A stretch of DNA of 63,973 nt, counting the filler, from a bacterium (GTDB taxonomy: Bacteria; JALSQH01): NCBI GenBank assembly GCA_026985515.1. It is 6 parts of 6 records of this genome, joined end to end, with 100 filler letters (N's around TTAATTAATTAA, not from the genome) between each part and the next. Parts side by side here need not be neighbours in the genome. Positions count along the whole stretch, not along the records: positions 21,009 to 41,901 come from JALSQH010000011.1; positions 42,002 to 47,625 come from JALSQH010000012.1; positions 47,726 to 53,185 come from JALSQH010000013.1; 3 more parts are not named here. One strand, 5' to 3'. A program made the translations under genes and the position numbers. Each line of letters starts with the position of its first letter. Within the stretch, counting starts at the first letter, position 1. Of the stretch, positions 39,775-49,725 are shown piece by piece. Below the pieces are notes generated by a model. The model was not told the origin of the DNA. It ran no database searches and saw nothing but the letters and a program-made list of their open reading frames with translations.

Positions 39775-40707
39775 GTGGATGAAAACAGGGTCCTGATCTT
39801 CAACATAGAAAGATTCAGCACTGAAGATGGGCCGGGAATAAGGACCACCATTTTCTTCAAGGGATGTCCCCTGAGATGTCCCTGGTGTCACAATCCTGAA
39901 AGTATTTCAAGGGAACCACAGCTTGTCTGGTACTCTGTCAGATGTATAGCAGCCATGGATTGTATGAAGGTCTGCCCTGAAAATGCTCTGAAGTTAACCA
40001 GAGAGGGAATGATTATTGACCGTGATAAGTGCACAGCCTGTGGAGATTGTGTGGAAGCTTGTCCTTCCGGAGCACTTGAGGTAATTGGTGAAGTCAGGGA
40101 GGTTGAAGAAATATTTGAAGAGGTTATGAGAGATAAACCCTTCTATGAAAAATCTGGCGGGGGGGTCACCTTTGGGGGTGGTGAGCCGCTACTTCAGTTC
40201 AGACCCCTGAAAAAAATGGCAGAGATGTTCCACAACGCGGGCCTGCATGTTGCCATTGACACAACTGCTTTTGCTTCAAAGGAAGTCATTGAAGAAGCTT
40301 TGCAGAACATTGATCTCGTACTCCTTGACATAAAGCAGATAGATCCTGAACTTCATAAAAAGTACACAGGCGTTCCCCTGGAGCCTATTCTTGAAAATGC
40401 AAAGTTTATTTCCCAAACCCTGAGAAAGAAAATCTGGGTGAGGACTCCGGTGATACCTGGTTATACTGATCAGGATGAGAACATTGCAGGAATTGCGAAG
40501 TTCATAAAGGAGAACCTCCCCACATGCGAAAGATATGATCTCCTTGCATATAACAACACCTGCAAGGATAAGTATGAGAGGCTCAATATGCAGTTCCTTT
40601 TAAAAGATACTCCTCTAATGAGCAGGTACAGGATGCAGCAGCTCCTTGAAATAGCCGTAAAACATGGGATAAAAAACAGCTACTGGACGGGAACAGTCAG
40701 AGATTAG
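39775..40707 (+). CDS. Glycyl-radical enzyme activating enzyme (radical SAM with ferredoxin insert)
   Basis: DGPGIRTTIFFKGCPLRCPWCHNPE, CTACGDCVEACP, GGGVTFGGGEP. Confidence 0.93.
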   Translation: MDENRVLIFNIERFSTEDGPGIRTTIFFKGCPLRCPWCHNPESISREPQLVWYSVRCIAAMDCMKVCPENALKLTREGMIIDRDKCTACGDCVEACPSGALEVIGEVREVEEIFEEVMRDKPFYEKSGGGVTFGGGEPLLQFRPLKKMAEMFHNAGLHVAIDTTAFASKEVIEEALQNIDLVLLDIKQIDPELHKKYTGVPLEPILENAKFISQTLRKKIWVRTPVIPGYTDQDENIAGIAKFIKENLPTCERYDLLAYNNTCKDKYERLNMQFLLKDTPLMSRYRMQQLLEIAVKHGIKNSYWTGTVRD

Positions 40708-40716
40708 GAGGGAATT

Positions 40717-41520
40717 ATGCTTACAAAAGGTGCAATAGAAATCTTCAGAGGACCACTTAATCCAAAATTTCTGGCAACGGTGGGGGAAGATGGTAAACCC
40801 AATGTGGTACTGATTATTTCTCTCACTGTACCGAAGGAAGATCATCTGGCCTTTGGAGAATTCATGATCTGGAAAACAAAGAAGAATCTGCTTCACGACA
40901 ACAGGGTTTACATCCTTGCTTTTACCCAGCAACTTAGAGCAACTGGCGGAAGGGGAATTTTCAAAGAATTCGTTAAAACAGGTCCTGATGTTGATTACAT
41001 AAACAACAATGAGCTTTTCAGATATAATGCCTATACCGGCATAAGAAGCGCAGGCATAATACAACCAGTTTCTGAATTCAAAACTTTCAGAATACCAGTA
41101 CTGCAGAATCTGAATGGAGTTATTCTATCAAAGATTGGAAAAGCGCTGCAGAGGGAAGCAGGAAATTCAATTGAAATTCCCGAAGCTGTGAGAGAGAAAT
41201 TTGACAGACTGATTGGCTTTAAAGTTATCTCCTTTGTGGAAGATGATGGGTTTCCATTTATTTACCCTACTCTCGCAATGGGATTAAAAGGGGATCTGCT
41301 TTTCTTCCCGATAATGAGATATATGAAAAAAATCAAAAAACTAAGAAAGGGCCAATATATTGCAGTTAACATCCTCACTCTTGAGCCAGCTTCATATCAA
41401 TTGAAAGGAATATATGAAGGAATTGGCCATCTGGGAATTACTCCATTTGCAAAAGTGAGAGTAAAAGAGGTATACTCAGCCTCTCCTCCCGTTCCGGGAG
41501 AGCTGATTGCAAGAAGTTAA
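40717..41520 (+). CDS. Tandem pyridoxamine-5'-phosphate-oxidase-like (split-barrel, putative FMN-binding) protein
   Basis: KFLATVGEDGKPNVV...KTKKNL; second repeat KVISFVEDDGFP...YQLKG...VKEVYSASPP. Confidence 0.7.
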   Translation: MLTKGAIEIFRGPLNPKFLATVGEDGKPNVVLIISLTVPKEDHLAFGEFMIWKTKKNLLHDNRVYILAFTQQLRATGGRGIFKEFVKTGPDVDYINNNELFRYNAYTGIRSAGIIQPVSEFKTFRIPVLQNLNGVILSKIGKALQREAGNSIEIPEAVREKFDRLIGFKVISFVEDDGFPFIYPTLAMGLKGDLLFFPIMRYMKKIKKLRKGQYIAVNILTLEPASYQLKGIYEGIGHLGITPFAKVRVKEVYSASPPVPGELIARS

Positions 41521-41628
41521 AAATTTTTGCAATTTATATTTTTTCTGATATCATAAAAGAAATAAAAAAGGCTGGATTCTGAATTAAATCCCTCCACAAT
41601 TCGTGTTCAGCCGGAAAAAGGAGTTTTT

Positions 41629-41901
41629 ATGAAGTTTAAATTTTTGGTGACGGGGGTTTTATTATTACCATTACTGTTTTTTATGAGCAGTTGCGGTAAC
41701 AATGAGGGAAAAAAAGAGGAAACAGCAAAGGCTGGATATTTTTTCTACATTCAGAAAGATTATTCACAGAGCAAAGACAGGGTTATCTCCCTTCATCTCT
41801 ACAATCCTGTGGGAGGGGACAGGGTTATCGATGAAGGTGGAAAAATCAAAAAATCTAAAGATGAAAATTCAGGTTATTCTTACTACACAACAGGCCTTGG
41901 T
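41629..41901 (+). CDS. Lipoprotein, 3' truncated
   Basis: Lipobox MSSC; runs into linker. Confidence 0.6.
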
Positions 41902-42001
41902 NNNNNNNNNNNNNNNNNNNNNNNNNNNNNNNNNNNNNNNNNNNNTTAATTAATTAANNNNNNNNNNNNNNNNNNNNNNNNNNNNNNNNNNNNNNNNNNN
42001 N
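41902..42001. other. Artificial contig linker
   Basis: N-run with TTAATTAATTAA. Confidence 0.98.
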
Positions 42002-42002
42002 T

Positions 42003-42227
42003 CAGGACAAAGAACCACACAGAGCAATGCTTATCCAGACTGCAAGGATTTTATCAAAAGTCAATCTCATTGAACATATTGAAGCGAATAAGGATTTGAA
42101 AGAAGTTATAGAAGAACAATTTCTTAAACTTTCTAAAGATCTTTCAAAACTCCTTTTTGCAAAAACCATTCTTGAAAAAATGCTAATCTATGCAAGATAC
42201 AAAGCAAAGGCAATGCAACATAAATAA
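42003..42227 (+). CDS. C-terminus of type III CRISPR small subunit (Cmr5/Cas11-like), 5' truncated
   Basis: Helical; DLSKLLFAKTILEKMLIYARYKAKA end motif; directly before a RAMP gene and the array. Confidence 0.6.
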   Translation, partial: QDKEPHRAMLIQTARILSKVNLIEHIEANKDLKEVIEEQFLKLSKDLSKLLFAKTILEKMLIYARYKAKAMQHK

Positions 42228-42238
42228 TGGGGTGAATT

Positions 42239-42994
42239 ATGACTGATAATAATTTTGTATTTTTTGAAATTCATTTGAAAGCCCTATCTTTCATATCAAT
42301 AACAAAAAGAAATTATAATATTCTTTCTGAAACCTATACATTTATTCCTGCCTGGACCATGTGGAATACTTTCGTGAAATTATATAAGGTAATAAAAAAA
42401 ACTGTAAACTATGAAGAGGCAAAACGAAAACTTAAAAATATAAGACTCACAAATTTTTATTTAATTGACGAAAATAATAACCCCCTATTTAATATTGATG
42501 AGAATGAAAAAAGAAAATATATTTCTTCAGAGTTAAAGACCGCAATAAATCCTCTTACCAACACATACCTTGAAGGTAGTCTATATGAAAGAGAATATCT
42601 CATAGCACAAAAATTTATTGGATGGGTAAGAATAAATAAAGATGATGAAGACATTCAACAGTTCTTTATGTCGGTCAAAAACACTATTGCATTTATAGGA
42701 GCAGACAAAAATTCGGGATTCGGGAAAGTGAAATTCGAAGAAGTATCACAAATTTCTTTCCAAGAAGAAAAGTCAAACAATTTCATCATATTAGCTTTAA
42801 CCAGGTCACTAACCAATAAATGCAGATTACCAATAGAAGCAAAGATTGACATAGATAATAACTCAAACAAATCACCTTTTGTAGAAGATGTCTATTACTT
42901 CCCATTAGTATTAAGAGAATGGGATGATAGGTACAATAGAGGAAGTGGAATGAAAATAAAAAATTACTCTCTTGATGATATTACAAAAGAATAG
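42239..42994 (+). CDS. CRISPR RAMP protein (Cmr3/Cas5-group, type III)
   Basis: FIPAWTMW, TAINPLTNTYLEGSLYEREY, G-rich loop IGADKNSGFGKV. Confidence 0.75.
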   Translation: MTDNNFVFFEIHLKALSFISITKRNYNILSETYTFIPAWTMWNTFVKLYKVIKKTVNYEEAKRKLKNIRLTNFYLIDENNNPLFNIDENEKRKYISSELKTAINPLTNTYLEGSLYEREYLIAQKFIGWVRINKDDEDIQQFFMSVKNTIAFIGADKNSGFGKVKFEEVSQISFQEEKSNNFIILALTRSLTNKCRLPIEAKIDIDNNSNKSPFVEDVYYFPLVLREWDDRYNRGSGMKIKNYSLDDITKE

Positions 42995-43153
42995 CGGCAA
43001 AATTTTAACGCCAAGAGGAGATAAAACCATATTTTCTGTCGACCTCCGATAATGCAAAAACCCCGGGGGATCGACAGAAAAATCTTGACAAATTCCATTA
43101 AATAACCTATAAATTTTACATGAACACAAAAAGGAGGTCCCATTATTACATTA
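42995..43153 (+). promoter_or_regulatory. CRISPR leader with promoter
   Basis: GTCGACCTCC...GGGGATCGAC inverted leader motif; TTGACA-17 nt-TATAAA at 43085-43113; AT-rich. Confidence 0.75.
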
Positions 43154-43919
43154 GTTTTCAGCCTAACTATGAGGGATTGAAATTAAACAGGTGTGGTCAA
43201 TAGTGCTAACCCAACCAGAGTTTTCAGCCTAACTATGAGGGATTGAAATAGATTTTTAACCCTCTCCTCAAGTTTTTCCTTTAACTCGTTTTCAGCCTAA
43301 CTATGAGGGATTGAAATTCGTCAATCTCTTTTGTGTATAATTCTTTGATCCACCGTTTTCAGCCTAACTATGAGGGATTGAAATTCAGAGAGCTTACCTT
43401 TATTTTTCATCCTCTCCGCGTTTTCAGCCTAACTATGAGGGATTGAAATCTTTTGTTAAAGCATCGATAAAACCTGATACATCTTCGTTTTCAGCCTAAC
43501 TATGAGGGATTGAAATGCAAGAGATATTTTTAGATAGCCTGCAATATATACGTTTTCAGCCTAACTATGAGGGATTGAAATGTGCAAGGACTTCGAGGTT
43601 AAAAATGAGCATACATGCGAGTTTTCAGCCTAACTATGAGGGATTGAAATGAATTCTTTTGGAGAATTTAACATGTGTTCAACAAGTGTTTTCAGCCTAA
43701 CTATGAGGGATTGAAATGATTCTTCCCATATTTTCTAACAAAGTCTAAATAAGCGTTTTCAGCCTAACTATGAGGGATTGAAATCCGGTGGCAAGTCAAA
43801 CTCAAAGTCAAAAACCTTTTCATGTTTTCAGCCTAACTATGAGGGATTGAAACATGTACCATTCCTGCAACATCGTCCCTGCTTTCATAGTTTTCAGCCT
43901 AACTATGAGGGATTTAGGT
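43154..43919 (+). CRISPR. CRISPR array: 12 repeats (GTTTTCAGCCTAACTATGAGGGATTGAAAT, 30 nt), 11 spacers of 35-39 nt
   Basis: Repeats start at 43154, 43220, 43288, 43355, 43420, 43487, 43552, 43621, 43688, 43755, 43824 (ends GAAAC) and 43890 (degenerate 3' end); leader on left, so + orientation. Confidence 0.98.
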
Positions 43920-44029
43920 AGATAGTTCCTATCCAACTCTTTATACTTGACACCACCCCCACTATGCACCTTCTCCCAAATGTGATAAAATATAAGTAAC
44001 TGGCAAGAAAAATTAAACAGGAGGTCACA

Positions 44030-44245
44030 ATGGTAAAGATTGGAGATGAAATCGAAGGATTGGGAAAAGTTATTGAAGTCACTGAAGTTGAAATGCCTTC
44101 TCCGGCTGAAAGATACATCAGGGATGGAACCAGGTATGGAATGTCAACCTACGCTATGGGATACCGTAAGAAACAGACTCTGTTTGTAACTGATAAAATA
44201 AAGGAGATGGTGGAAAAGGCAAAGAAGAAATATGGAATAAAATAA
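44030..44245 (+). CDS. Small hypothetical protein
   Basis: RBS AGGAGG, 71 aa, plausible composition. Confidence 0.6.
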   Translation: MVKIGDEIEGLGKVIEVTEVEMPSPAERYIRDGTRYGMSTYAMGYRKKQTLFVTDKIKEMVEKAKKKYGIK

Positions 44246-44358
44246 AGGGCATAGATCAGCAGAAAAATAGATTAACTCAGTGAGAAAATTTTCAAGACAG
44301 AAAAAAATAGAGAATTATAAGTAACTATACAAGTTGAACATCATCTACAGACACTGTT

Positions 44359-44637
44359 ATGATGAAAAAGTTCCTCAGTTACACTTCAAAAGTAGCCGGG
44401 ATAGTAATATTGCTCGCCAGTGGTATCTGGGAGTATTTGTTTGAGACCTCCTATTTGCAACAGGAATTTGGAACAATTGGAACATTCACAGAAGTTGTTT
44501 TGTGGCCACTGTGTTATCTTCTGATACCCTGGAAAGCCCTGCTCTCTCAAGGATTGTGGTTGCCTCTGCTTATCACATATGGTGGGGGTATATCGGGAAT
44601 AATCCTGATTATAATAGGAACACGGTTAGAAACATAA
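44359..44637 (+). CDS. Small hypothetical membrane protein
   Basis: Three hydrophobic segments. Confidence 0.55.
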   Translation: MMKKFLSYTSKVAGIVILLASGIWEYLFETSYLQQEFGTIGTFTEVVLWPLCYLLIPWKALLSQGLWLPLLITYGGGISGIILIIIGTRLET

Positions 44638-44639
44638 TC

Positions 44640-45005
44640 ATGAAAAAGAGTACATACCTTTTCGTCTACGGCACTCTAATGAGAGGTTTTGGTCTTCATA
44701 ATCTTCTGGAAGGAAGAGCAGAATTTATTGATGAAGCAGTAACAGTTGACAAATTCACTTTCTATGCATCTGGTATCCCCTTCATGGTTGAAAAACCCAC
44801 TCATCATGTCTACGGGGAACTCTACAGGGTTGAGAAAGGTATATTCAAAATTCTGGACGAAATTGAAGAAGGTTACCAGAGGAAGCAGATAAAAGTAAAA
44901 ACTCTTAATACCGGTGAAGAATTCTCCGCCTTTGCGTACATATATCCGCATCCCCTACCTGATCATTATGTAGTGAGATCAGGAAATTATAAAAATAGTA
45001 CATGA
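44640..45005 (+). CDS. Gamma-glutamylcyclotransferase (AIG2/YtfP-like)
   Basis: LFVYGTLMRG, VYGELYRV, LDEIEEGYQR; ATG 44640. Confidence 0.88.
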   Translation: MKKSTYLFVYGTLMRGFGLHNLLEGRAEFIDEAVTVDKFTFYASGIPFMVEKPTHHVYGELYRVEKGIFKILDEIEEGYQRKQIKVKTLNTGEEFSAFAYIYPHPLPDHYVVRSGNYKNST

Positions 45006-45008
45006 TGC

Positions 45009-46346
45009 TCAAATAATTTTTTTCTGTTTCCCAGCTTTCTCCATCCATTCCAGTTCCTTGTCTATATACTCAGCAATAATTTTGCCTTCCTTTTTGTAAG
45101 TAAAGAAAGAAATACTGAACATTAATACGGCAGCAAGCACAATCCCACTTGAAATAAGTGAGGCTGGTGAGTAAACTGCATTGTACCAGATCAAGACTGC
45201 TATAGCAATAGAACACAAAATTCCACCTGCCAGAGTTATTATTCTGCTCGCTTTCACCTCTTTTGCAAGTTTGAACCCTGCAAAATTAACAAGCATAAAA
45301 ATAATCAAGAATCCTGCACTTCCTGCCACAGAAATGTTATCAAGATTAAAAGAAGTGGCAAAGATAATACCTAATAAGGAAATAATGATCATACCTTCAT
45401 AACCGTGTTCAAATCTCTTCTCAAAACTCTCGGGCAATTCTCCCAGTTTTGCAACGAGGTAACTTGTCCTCCCACTCCCATAGATGGTTGCGTTGATCGC
45501 AGAAGCAGTTGAAAGTAACGCAGCTATCCCAATTAAAACAAATCCAGTCTGGCCGAAAAATGGTCTTGCCGCCTCGGCCAGTGCATAATCTTTTGCCTTT
45601 GCGACTTCAGCAAAGGAAAGATGCCCTATCGCTACAACTGCAATCAACACATAAAGAACTATCACAAAGAGAACAGAAGAATAATAGGCTAATTTAAGAT
45701 TTTTTGCTGGATTCCTGATATCCTTTGCAGTATTTGCTATTAATTCAAATCCCTCATAGGCAAGAAAAATTATAAAACTTCCTGCAGCAATATTGTAAAT
45801 TGGTTCCCACGCTCGAGGCGATAATCTTTCATAATCAATGTTACGAAGACCAGCAATAACAAAAATCATAAGTATCAAAATCTTTATAAAAACAAGGATA
45901 TCTTCTGTTTTACCCGTAGTTGTTGCACCCATGAGGTTAATCATTGCGAGAATAACAATTATTACCACAGCAAATGATTTCTGTAACCACTGAACATTTG
46001 CCATCCCTACCAGCGCAGCACCATAACTGCCAAACGCATAGGCGTACAGAGCAAGCATCACTACATAACTCATTACCATAAGGATATTCACTACCGCGGA
46101 GAAAACACCATTTCCATAAGCCTGGACAATAAATTCAATAGTGCCACCTTCACTCGGGTATCGCAGAGAAAGTTTCACATAGGAATAAGCAGTGAGAAGA
46201 GCTATTAACCCCGCCATTGCAAAAGCAAGTGGTGCAGCACCCCTTGCAAGCTGGATCGTGAGACCCAGTACAGCAAATATTCCCCCACCAACCATACCGC
46301 CCACACCAATTGCAAAAGCTTCCCAGAAACCTATCTTCTTATCCAC
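45009..46346 (-). CDS. APC-family amino acid permease
   Basis: GVGGMVGGGIF, FLAYEGFE, about 12 TM helices. Confidence 0.9.
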   Translation of the reverse strand: MDKKIGFWEAFAIGVGGMVGGGIFAVLGLTIQLARGAAPLAFAMAGLIALLTAYSYVKLSLRYPSEGGTIEFIVQAYGNGVFSAVVNILMVMSYVVMLALYAYAFGSYGAALVGMANVQWLQKSFAVVIIVILAMINLMGATTTGKTEDILVFIKILILMIFVIAGLRNIDYERLSPRAWEPIYNIAAGSFIIFLAYEGFELIANTAKDIRNPAKNLKLAYYSSVLFVIVLYVLIAVVAIGHLSFAEVAKAKDYALAEAARPFFGQTGFVLIGIAALLSTASAINATIYGSGRTSYLVAKLGELPESFEKRFEHGYEGMIIISLLGIIFATSFNLDNISVAGSAGFLIIFMLVNFAGFKLAKEVKASRIITLAGGILCSIAIAVLIWYNAVYSPASLISSGIVLAAVLMFSISFFTYKKEGKIIAEYIDKELEWMEKAGKQKKII

Positions 46347-46424
46347 TTAGGCCTCACATATCCAGAAATCTGATGGAAAATTTTATCATAATAACCCGAA
46401 AAATCAAATTATTTTGACATCAGT

Positions 46425-46682
46425 TTGGAAACAGCAGATATCATTCTCACCAATAGTTCTCCTGCAGATGTTGTTTCTCTGATCAAACTTGGTAGGGCAA
46501 CTTACAGAAAAATGATCCAAAATCTATTCTGGGCAGCTGGATACAATATTATTGCCATTCCACTTGCAGCAGGGGTTCTCTACAGCGAAGGAATTATAAT
46601 TTCTCCAGCAATTGGAGCTGTGCTGATGTCACTCAGTACAGTTATAGTTGCAATAAACGCGAAGCTTCTAAAATCACCCTGA
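46425..46682 (+). pseudogene. C-terminal remnant of a P1B heavy-metal ATPase (CopB/CopA-like)
   Basis: [38 protein letters not shown]; upstream ~600 aa absent although the contig continues. Confidence 0.85.
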
Positions 46683-46730
46683 TCCATCCTCTCATTGCCC
46701 TTCCCCTCAAAAGGGGTATAATATATTACT

Positions 46731-47207
46731 GTGGAGGTTAAGTATTTTTTCATAGAGGATGCTGAGGTGGGATTCTGGATTATTGTGAAAAACAACAAAG
46801 TTGAAAGGATCACTTTCAATCCTCCCCATGGACAGGAAAATTGTGAAAGAAACTATCCCGTATGGGAAAAAGTGGAGAAGTTCTTCCAGGATTTTTTAAA
46901 AAATAAGCAGATAAAGGGAATTCCCTTTGAACTCCATCATCCTCCACCCGAAAATGAACTGAGATTTTACCTTTTCCTTCAGAAAATCCCACCAGGACAA
47001 ACGATTTCCTACGGGGAACTTTCGGAAAAATTTTTCGGAAGCAAAAAGTACTCAAGATATGTGGGAAACCTTTTAGCACGAAACAGATGGCCGCTGCTTT
47101 TCCCCTGCCACAGAGTGATAAGAAAAGATGGATCACCGGGAGGATTTTCGGGTGGAATTGAAATCAAAAGAAGATTACTTAATTGGGAAAGGGAAGGTGT
47201 ATCATGA
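46731..47207 (+). CDS. ogt: Methylated-DNA-protein-cysteine methyltransferase
   Basis: [17 protein letters not shown]. Confidence 0.9.
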   Translation: MEVKYFFIEDAEVGFWIIVKNNKVERITFNPPHGQENCERNYPVWEKVEKFFQDFLKNKQIKGIPFELHHPPPENELRFYLFLQKIPPGQTISYGELSEKFFGSKKYSRYVGNLLARNRWPLLFPCHRVIRKDGSPGGFSGGIEIKRRLLNWEREGVS

Positions 47208-47625
47208 AAAAATTTGTTGGTGCACACGTTAAAACAGTTGGGGGAGTACAGAATGCCCCCATAAACGCAGTGGAAATTGGTGCAAAAGCCTTTGCTCTCT
47301 TTCTAAAAAACCAGAGAAGATGGTACGCAAAGCCCTACGATGAAAAAACAATCACTGAATTCAAAAAGAATCTTGAGAGATCAGAAATTCAGGTTAAACA
47401 TGTCCTTCCCCATGACAGTTATCTGATTAATCTTGGCAACCCGGATAGAGCAAAGTGGGAAAAGGCGCTGGAAGCATTTATAGATGAAGTAACGAGGGCT
47501 TCACAGCTTGGCCTTGATAAACTGAATTTTCATCCAGGTGCACATTTAAATCAAATCAGTGAAGATGACTGCCTGAAACTCATTGCAGAAGCAATGAACA
47601 TAACTCTTGAAAAAACGAAAGGGGT
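47204..47625 (+). CDS. nfo: Endonuclease IV, 3' truncated
   Basis: [28 protein letters not shown]. Confidence 0.92.
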
Positions 47626-47725
47626 NNNNNNNNNNNNNNNNNNNNNNNNNNNNNNNNNNNNNNNNNNNNTTAATTAATTAANNNNNNNNNNNNNNNNNNN
47701 NNNNNNNNNNNNNNNNNNNNNNNNN
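47626..47725. other. Artificial contig linker
   Basis: N-run with TTAATTAATTAA. Confidence 0.98.
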
Positions 47726-49194
47726 TGAAAAAACTGGTAATTGAAGTTACTCCAGTGGAAGTGAGGGGAGCTGTTATTGACGGGGATAGAGTGGTCGAGG
47801 TTCACAGTGAGAGAAAATATGAAAAAGGGATTGTGGGGAATATTTATAAGGGAAAAATAAGCAGGGTAATCAAGGGCTTGAAAGCAGTATTTGTGGATAT
47901 AGGGCTTGAAAAGGCTGCTTACATGAATTTTGAAGACCTGAAAGATTCGTTTAAGCAGATTGCCTCTGTTGATGAAGGAGTGGATTTCAGAAAGGAATTT
48001 GACAGATTTTTGAAGAAAAAATTGAAACCCGGTGACGAAGTCATAGTACAGGTAACCAGGGATGTGGTGGGGGATAAAGGTCCAAAGGTAACTACCAATA
48101 TTGCTATACCCGGGAAGTATATTGTGCTTCTACCATTTATGAACTTTATTGGTGTATCCAGGAAAATAGAGGATCAGAACAAAAGAAGAAAGTTAAAAGA
48201 ACTTGTGTCAAAGGAGCTTCAGGGTAAAAATATCGGCGTTATAATCAGAACATCTGCTGAAAATATTCCCGCAAGCTATCTTAAAAGAGAATTAAAATTT
48301 TTACTATCTCTTTTAAAAAAGATTGAAGTGAGGATGAATGAATCTGCTCCGAGGATACTTTACCAGGATATTCCTCTGAGTTTGAAACTTGTCAGAGATT
48401 ATCTGGACGAAGATTTAAGCAAAATCTATGTTGATGACAGGGAAGAATACAGAAAAATAAAAGATATAATAAAAGTTCTGGCACCCTCCCGCTCAAAAGA
48501 TGTGGTGTTTTATTCAAAGGGTCCTGTTTTTTCTGCATTTGGTTTGAGGGATATTTATGATAGAGTTATGAGAAATGTGATCTGGTTACCATCGGGAGGG
48601 TACATAGTTATTCAGGAAACTGAGGCACTTACTTCCATTGATGTGAATTCAGGAAAATTTACTCCGGAGGGTGACCCGGAAGAGATGTTTCTCAAGATAA
48701 ACAGGGAAGCCGCTGAAGAAATTGCTCATCAGCTGAGATTAAGAGATGTGGGCGGCATTATTATTGTTGATTTTGTCAACATGAGAAGGAGGAAAAACAG
48801 ACAGATTCTTTACGAATTCTTCAGGGCCAGGTTGCTCGAAGATCAGGGTAAACCAGAGATTGAAAGGATATCACGCCTGGGACTTGTTGAAATGACAAGG
48901 AAAAAGGAAGGAAAAAGTCTGGCATCATATATTTCTATAAAATGTCCCTACTGTGATGGAAGAGGTTACATAAAGTCTCCTGATACAATTGTGGGAGAAA
49001 TATACAGAGACTTGAAAGAGTTATTTCCTGACAGAGGATGTAGAGGTCAGAGTGTGAAGGTTAGAGTACATCCAGAAGTGTTTAATACTGTAAACGAAAA
49101 ATACAGTGGAATTTTCAGTGAAATCTGCAGAGACATAAGTTTTGTGAGAGATGAAAATTTACACATGGAGAAATTTTTAATAGAATTTAAGTGA
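47726..49194 (+). CDS. rng: Ribonuclease E/G family (RNase G-like)
   Basis: GNIYKG S1 domain, IDVNSG, GGIIIVDF, CPYCDGRG; start codon clipped by 1 nt at contig edge. Confidence 0.9.
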
Positions 49195-49205
49195 GAGGAG
49201 GTATT

Positions 49206-49595
49206 ATGAAGATTGCCCTTATTACTACAGATGCGGAGATGATTGACAGGGTTAAAAAGGTTGCAGATAGGTTTGAAGGGGTGGAAGTAAGAGTTTTTAA
49301 CTCTCTTGAGGAATTTTTGAGTCCTTTCAGTAACATTTACCGCTTAATTTTGATTGACTCTATCTGGGGGAGGGATAAAACGCTCTCAATGATAGAGAGA
49401 GTTGCCAGATTGAATCCAGATGGATGGTTGATTGCCCTTTCTCCGAATGTACTTCACACTTATGATTATACAGACGCAGGGGCCAAAATAACGATTTTGA
49501 GAAACAGTATGGATCTCCTTGAGAGTATTATTGAGGGGATAGTTAATCCCAGGACACCAGAGGAGGTTGAGAAGAAGTACGGGTATGAAGAATGA
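49206..49595 (+). CDS. Atypical stand-alone receiver (CheY-like) domain
   Basis: KIALITTD, RLILID, LIALS, DAGA pattern; conserved Lys appears replaced. Confidence 0.55.
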   Translation: MKIALITTDAEMIDRVKKVADRFEGVEVRVFNSLEEFLSPFSNIYRLILIDSIWGRDKTLSMIERVARLNPDGWLIALSPNVLHTYDYTDAGAKITILRNSMDLLESIIEGIVNPRTPEEVEKKYGYEE

Positions 49596-49725
49596 AATGA
49601 TTGCTTTTCAGGGGTAAAGTTGAGATGCGGAGGTCCTTTGTTTCATATGCAACCCAACTGGGCTTGATATGTTCCGGGTTCCTCTCTGCCTGAGATCCCC
49701 CTTCACAGGAAGATTGTGAATTGCT

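Noticed and set aside
43250-43287. Self-targeting of moeA by spacer 2 (LEERVK peptide in both)
   Set aside because: Nucleotide match to about 13510-13540 is only partial; no spacer has a convincing match within the window by eye
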